From a virus: a stretch of 64,000 bases of DNA. Below the pieces are notes generated by a model. The model was not told where the DNA came from and did not search any database. It worked only from the letters and a program-made list of their open reading frames with translations. Of the stretch, positions 41,166-50,325 are shown piece after piece. Made by a program: the position numbers and the translations under genes. Position 1 is the first letter of the stretch; each line of letters starts with the position of its first letter. The stretch spans positions 64,001-128,000 of IMG/VR virus record IMGVR_UViG_3300020182_002648; one strand, 5' to 3'.

Positions 41166-42109
41166 GTTGCTTCTAGTATATTGATGATATCATCGCTCTC
41201 GGACAATCGAATACTATCAAAATCACTTTCGATATCCAGCATGCGATTCTTCAATCCAGTATCATGGTCAAGGTAATCATTGTCAATATTATGATAGATT
41301 ACATCTCGGTCATAATGTTTACATTCTGCTGGGAGTCGAGGGCTACCATCAAACATCCCTCGTGTAGGTGTGTATATATAAGTGTTGAATCGACTGAACA
41401 TATCTTGTAGAGGAGGTACAGTAAACTCAAACCGGTCATCTGGAATACTTCTGCATTGTTCTGTTATCACAACATATTTCTCAAACTCATAACTATCAGC
41501 CACCTGTAACAAGTCAGTATCTGAGATTTGTCTGCAGTTGATAGTAGCGTATATCAACCCAGTTGATTCTGTACATGTGTCAACTTGCTTCAATATGTCG
41601 AAGTTTATTTTCTTCTTGTAATTTATACTCAACTTAGTATCCTCTGGATTGCACAGATCATACACTCGATCATCTTGCAAAATAGTCACATCATACGGTA
41701 CATCATACAGTGTATCAAACCGCGAGCATTTGAAGGAATACACGCGATCAAAAATCAACTTCGTGCCTTGTCGCTTCAATCTGTGCAAATCACCATCTAC
41801 AAATAGAATATTATTGCCTTTGATAAACCTCGGTAGATTTGTGAAGTAGGTAGAGTTCTTAATTGAATCTAACTGATCATCGCTCAAGCTATACTTACGT
41901 GTTATCACTAGTTTAAATTCATCCCAACATTTAAACGTGTCACCGAACAGTATACATACATTAAGCTTGGTTGATAGTATCACGAAGTAATCGATTATTT
42001 CGAAAACATGACCTGATATTCGATGTGGTTGATCTGGGTACCAGGTCATCGATAAACATATATCATACTTCCGATCAAGTATGGTCATGTCACTCATCAT
42101 ACATCCCAT
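41162..42109 (-). CDS. hypothetical protein, possibly GT-B fold
   Basis: SGHVFE N-terminal motif, DGSPRLPAEC; cluster context. Confidence 0.45.
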   Translation of the reverse strand: MGCMMSDMTILDRKYDICLSMTWYPDQPHRISGHVFEIIDYFVILSTKLNVCILFGDTFKCWDEFKLVITRKYSLSDDQLDSIKNSTYFTNLPRFIKGNNILFVDGDLHRLKRQGTKLIFDRVYSFKCSRFDTLYDVPYDVTILQDDRVYDLCNPEDTKLSINYKKKINFDILKQVDTCTESTGLIYATINCRQISDTDLLQVADSYEFEKYVVITEQCRSIPDDRFEFTVPPLQDMFSRFNTYIYTPTRGMFDGSPRLPAECKHYDRDVIYHNIDNDYLDHDTGLKNRMLDIESDFDSIRLSESDDIINILEAT

Positions 42110-43121
42110 GACGATAATGATTCACGTCTGTGATCTTCTCACCTGGCTCAGGATTCGGCTTGCATGCGGTCACTTGCTTCTCGATACCATCACATATGTT
42201 ATAATACTTACAACTCATACACTCAACTGGCTTGACGTAATCCTCTTCACGTGGTTTACGCGCTGCATCATAAGCCATGTCTATCTTCTCTTCATGACTG
42301 TACTGTTTTGATACGTCAACACTGTAATCATAAATCTCTTTGTTCCAATCATATCTATCATAAATATGTTGATATTGATTGCATACATACTTCTCATATC
42401 CTTTCATGTAACAATAGGGTGTGTATCTAACGTTTATATATCGTACGTGATGCTTTATGTTATCGATACAAATTTTAATATTGTCCGTTACCTCCGTATA
42501 ATCTATAGCATCCGCAAACTTGTTATTTACCCAATAATTTAGAGTCAAGAAATTAACTTCTAATGGGTTTAACCTTTTGATAACCTCGTGATAACTCTTG
42601 AGACCTTCACAATTTCTTTGATACACTGTACAGTTTACTCTCACTACCATGTCATGAGCATGAGCTAGTTCGATTGCCTGGTTAATCTTCTTCCAGGCAC
42701 CCTTCCGGCGGACAATCTCATCATGGCTTTCCTCATCATATCCATGAACACTGAACATTATCTCTTTGAGTCCGCGCTCCTTGCTCTTCAATAAGAATTT
42801 CTCACGAGCAAATGCCCATCCATTACTCAATGTACTTATGTTACTGAATCTTGTATTACAGTAATCTAGTATATCAAACCATTGCTTATGCACGCTGCTC
42901 TCTCCGCCAGATAAATCAACCTCGTCAATACCGTATTTGTGGAGTATATCTATACGTCTCTTTATTTCATCAAAATCTGTCACTTGATCGAGCATGCCTT
43001 GGTAATAACAAAACTCACAGTCATAATTACAGAACGTACCAGTGTCCAGCTTGGCACGGTTACATCTAGGAGTGGTATAATCTTTTCGTAGTAGTACGGT
43101 GCTGAACTTGTTGCAATTCAC
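42090..43121 (-). CDS. radical SAM protein with SPASM-like Cx2Cx5C tail
   Basis: CNYDCEFC, SGGE, CMSCKYYNICDG; leaderless GTG. Confidence 0.9.
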   Translation of the reverse strand: MNCNKFSTVLLRKDYTTPRCNRAKLDTGTFCNYDCEFCYYQGMLDQVTDFDEIKRRIDILHKYGIDEVDLSGGESSVHKQWFDILDYCNTRFSNISTLSNGWAFAREKFLLKSKERGLKEIMFSVHGYDEESHDEIVRRKGAWKKINQAIELAHAHDMVVRVNCTVYQRNCEGLKSYHEVIKRLNPLEVNFLTLNYWVNNKFADAIDYTEVTDNIKICIDNIKHHVRYINVRYTPYCYMKGYEKYVCNQYQHIYDRYDWNKEIYDYSVDVSKQYSHEEKIDMAYDAARKPREEDYVKPVECMSCKYYNICDGIEKQVTACKPNPEPGEKITDVNHYRHGMYDE

Positions 43122-43155
43122 ACTATATTATATACTACCTGACTACAATTTGCAA

Positions 43156-44274
43156 TCAGTCTTTCAATGATGTGATTCGATCTTCTATAACATCAATCCA
43201 TGTACGATCAACCACCTTAATTTCACAGTCCGGGTTGTCATGGAGATCTATTTTTTGTTCATCGGTAAGTTCATCAGAGATTGTGAAGGTTTCACCTTGA
43301 TATATATCAAGCAGCTCTTGCAATTGTTCCGGTTCGTTTACCTCACTGAGTATATTGATCAATTGTTGTAATTCAAAATTCATTTCAGATGGATCGATAT
43401 CAATTTCCTCTTCCACGAACTCTGGTTCAAGTCCCTTGTTTAGTGTTTCATCCATCATGATGTCATCATCAACCAACTGTTTGATAGTGTCTCCGGATTC
43501 AATAATTGATATCATCAATTCATTATTAGGCCCCGGTAACAGTAAACTGGGCCAAAATCTGAACAACTCCTGGAATGTATTGTATTGTGTTAGGTCAGTT
43601 TCCTGTGGTATGTCTCTGAACATCTGCTTGATAGTGTCAATGTCTGCTAAATCGTCCTCACTTGTTTGCGCTTGCTTTGCTTCCTCTTCCAGTTGATCGA
43701 GCTCAACAAAGGCATCCTCGCGTTTGGTTCTGATCAGGTTCATGTATTCCTCCCTCATGCAGTGCAGGTCATCATCACACGCACAAGCTAAATCATGTAT
43801 GTTATCAAACTTCAAATTCATTGATTTGAGCGTGTACCACACATCAAATGTTTCCGGGTCTTGTACATTGGTTCTAGTGTGAAGTATCACATCTTCTACA
43901 TGCTGATTATCACACTTGACATGCTTAGAATCACAACAGCATTGTATTTCATCCTTCATCTTCTGTATGGTTTCCAATGTTCGGTCATGGTCGTAACCAC
44001 CGTCATCATCCACGAACACTGACATTATGCCAACATTATCAACCGCATGCACCACGAATTTTTCTGCAAATATATCCCACATCACGATTTGACTCGTGTC
44101 AACATCAGGTATGTCAGTGGTATCGATCGCTTCACAGCAGTAACAATCCTCATGATGAGGCCACATTGTGTAAAATCTATTGGAACCGAAATTGTCTTGA
44201 TCGTCTTGATATATCTCCAAGCGTATCACACTGTCAAGCATTGCTTGTTTAATTTTTTCTATTAGTATCGACAT
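43156..44274 (-). CDS. acidic protein containing a tail-fibre assembly chaperone-like domain
   Basis: IRTKR...ELD...KQMFRDIP...WP pattern; downstream of fibre genes. Confidence 0.55.
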   Translation of the reverse strand: MSILIEKIKQAMLDSVIRLEIYQDDQDNFGSNRFYTMWPHHEDCYCCEAIDTTDIPDVDTSQIVMWDIFAEKFVVHAVDNVGIMSVFVDDDGGYDHDRTLETIQKMKDEIQCCCDSKHVKCDNQHVEDVILHTRTNVQDPETFDVWYTLKSMNLKFDNIHDLACACDDDLHCMREEYMNLIRTKREDAFVELDQLEEEAKQAQTSEDDLADIDTIKQMFRDIPQETDLTQYNTFQELFRFWPSLLLPGPNNELMISIIESGDTIKQLVDDDIMMDETLNKGLEPEFVEEEIDIDPSEMNFELQQLINILSEVNEPEQLQELLDIYQGETFTISDELTDEQKIDLHDNPDCEIKVVDRTWIDVIEDRITSLKD

Positions 44275-44276
44275 GA

Positions 44277-45824
44277 TTAAAAGAGTTTGAAGTGATTAGC
44301 ACTCGGTGCTACCCCGACATGTGTTTTACCGGTGTATATGTCATATCCGACTTTTTGAATCCAATGCGTGTATTTCGGTGCAGCACCGGTGCCCCAGTTG
44401 GTCCAGTTCAATTGTTCACCCCACGTGGGGGTTGACATCATTGGATCACCCCATACGTGTCCGGATGATACCCTGTTGCCTTTATCAGTACATACCATTA
44501 TTCCATTGCTATAATTTCCACTCTGTCTAGATGTCCATGTCAGCTTGTCCCTGTCTGGTCCGAACGCGGTATCAGTATTTGATTTCCCAATAGCCACAAC
44601 TTGCTCAGGCTTGCTTGTGTTCCATATTGCAGCCGCAACCGCGCATGGATTTCTACCTTGAAATTGGTGTGGTACATTTCCATTTTTGACCTCAACTTCG
44701 ATCTTCTGATATCGGTTCGCGCCAGCTGGTAATGTAAAAGTGTGACTCGGTGGCATGTTAGATGAGTGCGAGGCTCCAGTGAATGAAAGTCCAAGCGTGG
44801 GTAAACTTACCTTCGACGCATCATCTCCACCGACCTTGATAGCCCACGTGTTGGGTTGACCAACACCGAAATCAACCATATCAACATATGTGTATGTTCC
44901 TGGTAATGGATTCCTTGATTTACCGAAAGCGTCAGTCGCGTTCATGGCATATGACCATGATCCTTGACCCATGTCACCAAAACCAATACCAGTATATTTT
45001 GTAAAAGGCAACATTGGAAATGAACCATTAAATTCAAGCCATTTCCCCCAACCGGCGAGAACTCCACCGTACGGTACGTTCCATGACTGGTAATAAATCG
45101 TACCGTACCAATCGGAGCTGGCAATTCCTATCATGACAGCTTTGTTTGTTGTTCTGATTGTAACTCCTGAACTAGCCGTCCATTCCAACTTGACTGGGTG
45201 ATGAGATTTGTTGAATGCATGATCATTGGCCTGCCGGAATAACCAGCTTGAAGTACGGGAGTGAACTCTTTTGGTCGCTCCTAAAAGGAATGATGCAGTC
45301 CCGCCGGCGGAGGTAGTTTTGGCGATCGAATCACATGTGACCTTGACGATATCACCAGTTCCGTGACCTAAAAACCGTTGAGAGTATGCTCCATTCTTCG
45401 CATCAGCATAACCACCCACAGCCGCGCGTGGTTTCACTCTCTCGTAATATTGCAAACATGTATGATCGCGAAAATCACTGAACTTTACTGGGTTTTTACC
45501 TCCATCAAATGTTTGATGTAATGCACCTACTGATCCTAAAGTGCCTTGGTTTGTTATCTGTGATTTGTGATAGTTGTCTATGTTAGTTCCTTGAGGTATA
45601 GGAAACATCCTTCTGGCGTACCAGCTCCACATCTCACTCAAGGATGCTTTGTTGTTCCATGATCCTCCTACTTTGGCAGTCTCATCACTACTAGTGAATC
45701 CACCGTGCACGTAATTTCTTTTATGGTCAGCATACACCCTAGTGGCTGCATTCATGTCACTCATACCAATTGCACCAGTGGCAGGTGTTTGTACTGTTGC
45801 TTTTACGTTACTTGTTCTAGGCAT
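44277..45824 (-). CDS. virion structural protein / tail-fibre tip adhesin
   Basis: PATGAIGMSD and VKFSDF N-terminal motifs, Gly/Trp-rich; follows the fibre gene. Confidence 0.6.
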   Translation of the reverse strand: MPRTSNVKATVQTPATGAIGMSDMNAATRVYADHKRNYVHGGFTSSDETAKVGGSWNNKASLSEMWSWYARRMFPIPQGTNIDNYHKSQITNQGTLGSVGALHQTFDGGKNPVKFSDFRDHTCLQYYERVKPRAAVGGYADAKNGAYSQRFLGHGTGDIVKVTCDSIAKTTSAGGTASFLLGATKRVHSRTSSWLFRQANDHAFNKSHHPVKLEWTASSGVTIRTTNKAVMIGIASSDWYGTIYYQSWNVPYGGVLAGWGKWLEFNGSFPMLPFTKYTGIGFGDMGQGSWSYAMNATDAFGKSRNPLPGTYTYVDMVDFGVGQPNTWAIKVGGDDASKVSLPTLGLSFTGASHSSNMPPSHTFTLPAGANRYQKIEVEVKNGNVPHQFQGRNPCAVAAAIWNTSKPEQVVAIGKSNTDTAFGPDRDKLTWTSRQSGNYSNGIMVCTDKGNRVSSGHVWGDPMMSTPTWGEQLNWTNWGTGAAPKYTHWIQKVGYDIYTGKTHVGVAPSANHFKLF

Positions 45825-45828
45825 GAGA

Positions 45829-48636
45829 TTATTTAAGTCGAGATTCTAGTTCTTCCACTTTCGCGGTTAGTTCTTTTATCGATTCGATTAACAGAGGCAC
45901 TAGTTTTTCATACTTGACTGCCTTGTAACCATCATCACGAGCTGCAACAACCTCTGGCATGACCTGCTCGACCTCTTGTGCTACAACTCCTACATCATGG
46001 CCAGAGTATGTATTCTGCTTGTCATTCCAGTCAAATTCATATCCGTTTAACCTCGAGACTTTCTCTAGTGGACTGGATATAAGTGTTAAGTTGTCCTTCA
46101 ATCGTTCATCTGACGATGCGAATGCAATAATATCACCTTGACATTCTATCGTACCGGCACAGCTGATATCACTACAGGTAAGTCTCGAAGCAGTTATAAT
46201 TTGTTTGAGAACATATATCGAGTCATCGACTCTAACATGACCTGTGAAGGTACCTCCTGTAACATCCACAAAATTACCTTTTGGAATTGACGCATTGTTG
46301 CTCAAGTCTAAATTATCACCATTTCCATGAAAACTAGTAGCATGGCATTGGGAGTTGATTGAGACACCTTCGCTAGTGGTCATGATTCTCCAAGTGTTGT
46401 TGTGATATAACTTTGAATCTGAATTGCCGGCGAATCTTGCAGATGTTTCAGAACCGCTACCAATTGTTACAACCCCAGCTGCGTTATCCGTCTTGACTTG
46501 GAGATGTGTACCGGTGTTGATTAACATATTACCGCTAGCTGTTTGCTGAATGTATGATCGCTGAGTAGTTCCTTCCGAAAAAGCGACTTTTGCTTTGTTA
46601 TTGAATGAAGTGGTCATACTTGCTCCAGTTGTGGCGGAACTTGCATTGCTTTTCAGAAACGATGCATTACCAATAGCAGTCTGCAAGTCATTTAGTTGAG
46701 TTTGAACTCCTGAGAATCGATTACCTACTTCATGTCTATTGTAGTAATTGGCCTTGAGATCATACACATGTGTGGCTTTAATTGTACCATAATCATTAAA
46801 ATCAAATCCGGTTACAACTTGAGCATGGTAAGTCGCACTGTTCTCCACAACACCGGATGTCAGTGAAGGTGTGGACGCTGATCTACCTGTCATCAGATTG
46901 TAATCATTAGGTGCAGTGACTGATCCACCGGACCTGCTAGGTTTAGTACCTACATGCTCTAGAGAGAGAAAACTATCAGATGGTGAGTTGGTCGTAATAT
47001 TGGTCACGTGACCGGCTCGATTAAATTGAATACTCTCGACTAACGTACCACCACCGCCAACAGTCGCTAACGTTTGACCGCTAGTAGCATGAGCAGTGAA
47101 AAGCGTCTGTGCGTGGGATTTGTGATTGATCTTGATCTTGTTCCCTGTGATGTTTTGGGTGCTTATGTTAACCTCACTAGAACTACCAGCACCATTACTA
47201 GCACTGTCTCCGACAAATGATATCGCGGAGTGGTTTGTGGTGGGATTGAAATTACCTGTGTTAGTGGATACATTGTACCACTTGTTAAAGAACTCAGTTT
47301 GTGTAGTAGCAGCATCAACAAATGCTGCAGTAGGTACCATACGATTTGCGAAGGATATAACACCGGTCGTTGCATTGGATGTAATATCGATCCAACTAGC
47401 AGAATCAAAACTAGTGGATTTAGCGCCGGTGCTTGAACCAGTTATCAATTGACCGGCACCAAGAACCAAACTTCTGAACGGACCATCACTGTCTGTCTCA
47501 TGAGAAGCTAACACTCCTCCAGCGGCGTATGAACTGTTACCAGTACCACCACTACTCACTGACATAGGATCACCTGGTGTACCATCTGCGTTCTGAATGT
47601 TGATACCAGCGAAAGTCGGAGAGGCTCCTGTGTCAGTGCTTTGATTGATTAGATAGCCATTCCATCCACCGATATCAGTTGCTCCTTCACCGTACACAAT
47701 CAAACCGGTCTCAAACACTAGATCAGCATTACCAGAGTATTGACTCGGTCTAGCACTTTTCAGCACCAGAGGCTTACAAGCATTGAGCCCAGAGCCAACT
47801 GATATACCTCCACCGGTCCAACCGCTAGTTGTTTGGGAGTTTCTGTCTAATCTTGTCAATAGATCTGTCTCACCATTGGTCCAGTCGTTTTCATATACAG
47901 GTGGTTGTATCTCAATAGTACTCCATCCTGTATCATCACCAGTATGTCCGACGGATATATGACCGGCACTCAGATAATTTCTATGAGATAGATACAATCC
48001 AGTCTTTTCTGATGTTCCTCCAACTCCCGGTGCTGTTATATTACCATTAGTTACATTGACGTTAAGATCAAGTGTCTTGTCTTCGTATACAGTTGTATCA
48101 GCTTCCGCAAAAATAAGTTTAGCTGCCTCAAAGGTAGTTGAATCGGTGCTAAATCGTACTGAACCTAATCCAGTATCATCTACATCTACATACAATGCAT
48201 TACCTATATTGATTGTACCTCCGTTGGTTCTATTAATATAAAATTCAGACTCTGCAGAGCCATTGTAAAAGATTGCCGGTTCTGTTTGGCTTATGGTGCT
48301 GAACTGTAGAGGGTAGTCAGTGTTGATAGTCCGGTCTGTGCCATGAACTGATCTGTTGTACTCACCATCACCAACGAGAGAGGCACTCAACCCATGAACA
48401 TTGATATCTAATTTCTGCGGCCCGGCACCCTGTTGTCCGCTAGCATCAGTGTAATGTAAGTGTTGATCGGCTCCACTCAAGGCCGGATAACCACCAGGAG
48501 TAACACCGTCACCAATCCATAATCGTTTAGTATCTAATGCCCAGCCTGGTTCCCCACTCGCTAAGATTGTCTTTTCTCTGTCAGAATTATTCCCTCTACG
48601 GAATAACATTTTAGTAATTGTAGTTGTTGTTGCCAT
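45829..48636 (-). CDS. tail fibre with C-terminal intramolecular chaperone (peptidase S74)
   Basis: FRRG...GEPGWALDTKRLWIGDG N-domain; SSDERLKDN...GVVAQEV...LIESIKEL. Confidence 0.9.
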   Translation of the reverse strand: MATTTTITKMLFRRGNNSDREKTILASGEPGWALDTKRLWIGDGVTPGGYPALSGADQHLHYTDASGQQGAGPQKLDINVHGLSASLVGDGEYNRSVHGTDRTINTDYPLQFSTISQTEPAIFYNGSAESEFYINRTNGGTINIGNALYVDVDDTGLGSVRFSTDSTTFEAAKLIFAEADTTVYEDKTLDLNVNVTNGNITAPGVGGTSEKTGLYLSHRNYLSAGHISVGHTGDDTGWSTIEIQPPVYENDWTNGETDLLTRLDRNSQTTSGWTGGGISVGSGLNACKPLVLKSARPSQYSGNADLVFETGLIVYGEGATDIGGWNGYLINQSTDTGASPTFAGINIQNADGTPGDPMSVSSGGTGNSSYAAGGVLASHETDSDGPFRSLVLGAGQLITGSSTGAKSTSFDSASWIDITSNATTGVISFANRMVPTAAFVDAATTQTEFFNKWYNVSTNTGNFNPTTNHSAISFVGDSASNGAGSSSEVNISTQNITGNKIKINHKSHAQTLFTAHATSGQTLATVGGGGTLVESIQFNRAGHVTNITTNSPSDSFLSLEHVGTKPSRSGGSVTAPNDYNLMTGRSASTPSLTSGVVENSATYHAQVVTGFDFNDYGTIKATHVYDLKANYYNRHEVGNRFSGVQTQLNDLQTAIGNASFLKSNASSATTGASMTTSFNNKAKVAFSEGTTQRSYIQQTASGNMLINTGTHLQVKTDNAAGVVTIGSGSETSARFAGNSDSKLYHNNTWRIMTTSEGVSINSQCHATSFHGNGDNLDLSNNASIPKGNFVDVTGGTFTGHVRVDDSIYVLKQIITASRLTCSDISCAGTIECQGDIIAFASSDERLKDNLTLISSPLEKVSRLNGYEFDWNDKQNTYSGHDVGVVAQEVEQVMPEVVAARDDGYKAVKYEKLVPLLIESIKELTAKVEELESRLK

Positions 48637-48711
48637 GGTATACTACATTATTTATTTGAGGAGATTCGTTTTCCAATGGCCTTTTACTACATTTGTTGTT
48701 ATAATATAGAT

Positions 48712-49083
48712 ATGTCAGATATTAAATCTAAAAAACTTGAATGTATCGTTACAGGGAGAAAGCTCATTGCCACCAAGGATTACTATGCTAGAAAGGTAGA
48801 AAAGGCTGGAAGTGAAGATGAATTGCATAGAACTTATATATGCAGGGAGGCGAAAAATTTACTCAAATCCGGCACCAGTGTCGACAAAGTACGTGACATT
48901 CTCGGATCCACTGACACTGTGGCGCCTGAGATTGATCAGGATATTATCAACAGTATAGTTGATGACAGTACCAGAACCAGCTTGAGACGTATAAACAATA
49001 TCGTGAGTATCAGCAACATGATCAACAACAAGACAGATCCAGCTGTCAAAAAATACATTTTAAACATCACTAAGACTAATTAA
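48712..49083 (+). CDS. hypothetical protein (start revised, leaderless)
   Basis: TATAAT-N6-ATG at 48712. Confidence 0.6.
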   Translation: MSDIKSKKLECIVTGRKLIATKDYYARKVEKAGSEDELHRTYICREAKNLLKSGTSVDKVRDILGSTDTVAPEIDQDIINSIVDDSTRTSLRRINNIVSISNMINNKTDPAVKKYILNITKTN

Positions 49084-49087
49084 TAAC

Positions 49088-49312
49088 ATGAACAGAGTGT
49101 ACACAGTATCACCAGTTGGACCTGGTATATATCAAACAGCAGACATGTCAAATGGAATGATATTGAGTAGATTCAATATCCCGGGTGTGCTTATAAGTGG
49201 ACCGATCGTTAATGGTGATCAGTGCACGATTGTCACCAAGGAGCACGGAACACAACACGGATATACACTGCGACTACCCAGTGGTATGATCATGAACAGA
49301 TATATCATGTAG
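49088..49312 (+). CDS. hypothetical protein
   Basis: ORF track. Confidence 0.55.
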   Translation: MNRVYTVSPVGPGIYQTADMSNGMILSRFNIPGVLISGPIVNGDQCTIVTKEHGTQHGYTLRLPSGMIMNRYIM

Positions 49313-49351
49313 AATATTCAGTCGCGCACAGTGAGATGATTAAGTAATTAC

Positions 49352-49792
49352 ATGAGTGAAAAGGAATCATCAAATACACATGGCGCATGCAATATCGAAG
49401 AAAGGCTCGAAGGAGAGTTACATAAAATTAGGCGCGAAGTAGATGATTTATACGAGACGGTCTACAAAGGAAATGGAGTTCCATCGTTGGTTACACGCGC
49501 CAACAACATGGAATCCAAACTCAGCGGGTTACGCGAAATAATGAACGACAAAATCTCTCATATATCATCAGAAAATGCACTCAGATTCGAGTCAATAAAC
49601 CAGAAGATAGACAGCAAGTTCACTCGACTGGAAGGATGGATAGAGACAAAGTTATCAAGCGTTGAGATGATACTTCATGGTCTGTCTGAAGCGAAAAAAA
49701 TCGACCGTACTGGTGGTTGGCAATTGAAAGCTGCCTTGATCACCGCAACAGTCGCGATAGCTGGTATTGTAGCTTCATTATTATCTAAATAA
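49352..49792 (+). CDS. late coiled-coil protein with C-terminal TM helix
   Basis: TAAGTA-N5-ATG; hydrophobic C-terminus. Confidence 0.6.
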   Translation: MSEKESSNTHGACNIEERLEGELHKIRREVDDLYETVYKGNGVPSLVTRANNMESKLSGLREIMNDKISHISSENALRFESINQKIDSKFTRLEGWIETKLSSVEMILHGLSEAKKIDRTGGWQLKAALITATVAIAGIVASLLSK

Positions 49793-49830
49793 AACTTGAC
49801 TTACACCGGTGTATACTATATCATTAGTAT

Positions 49831-50325
49831 ATGCACGAGCAATTATTAGAACTAGCTGACTCTCCACCGGACTTAGAGCAGTACACACCTTACGTTCAAT
49901 ATGGACCACCAGTTTTAATTTATGGTGTCCCTATCAAGAATAGCTATGATCATGAGAGGTTGACTCTCAATGAGAGTTTAGAACCCAAAAGATTGAGAGT
50001 TGGTACTGATTGCTTTTATGGCTTTATATTGCAACCGACACGATTGATGAGCAAGGTGTGTAGTGTTGCAACTAGTGTGCCGATGGATCACCCAGACTGT
50101 GTCAATATGTATAAGAAGAGACTCGCCATGTGTGAATTGACATGTGACAATTGTTGGGCTCACTTGAGTGAAAATATTTTTCCTATTGATGCGAATAATT
50201 TACCTCTCTTAGCTATAAATAGTCGGTACATGCGGATGGCGAACCCCATGCCACTACAATCAACTCGCACCAAACTTCCCTGGTTCACACAACACGCACA
50301 AATGAAAATTTTTATCCTCAAATAA
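49831..50325 (+). CDS. hypothetical protein, leaderless
   Basis: TTGACT-N17-TATCAT-N6-ATG. Confidence 0.6.
   Translation: MHEQLLELADSPPDLEQYTPYVQYGPPVLIYGVPIKNSYDHERLTLNESLEPKRLRVGTDCFYGFILQPTRLMSKVCSVATSVPMDHPDCVNMYKKRLAMCELTCDNCWAHLSENIFPIDANNLPLLAINSRYMRMANPMPLQSTRTKLPWFTQHAQMKIFILK

Noticed and set aside
43156-44274. RiPP precursor for the radical SAM enzymes
   Set aside because: It is 372 aa with a chaperone-like domain. No short precursor, RRE, transporter or dedicated peptidase is seen, and the context is sugar enzymes.
2098-47452. Many plus-strand ORFs in the track (e.g. 2199-2612, 7611-8204, 17047-17430, 43355-43696)
   Set aside because: They are antisense shadows of well-supported minus-strand genes, with no promoters or motifs.
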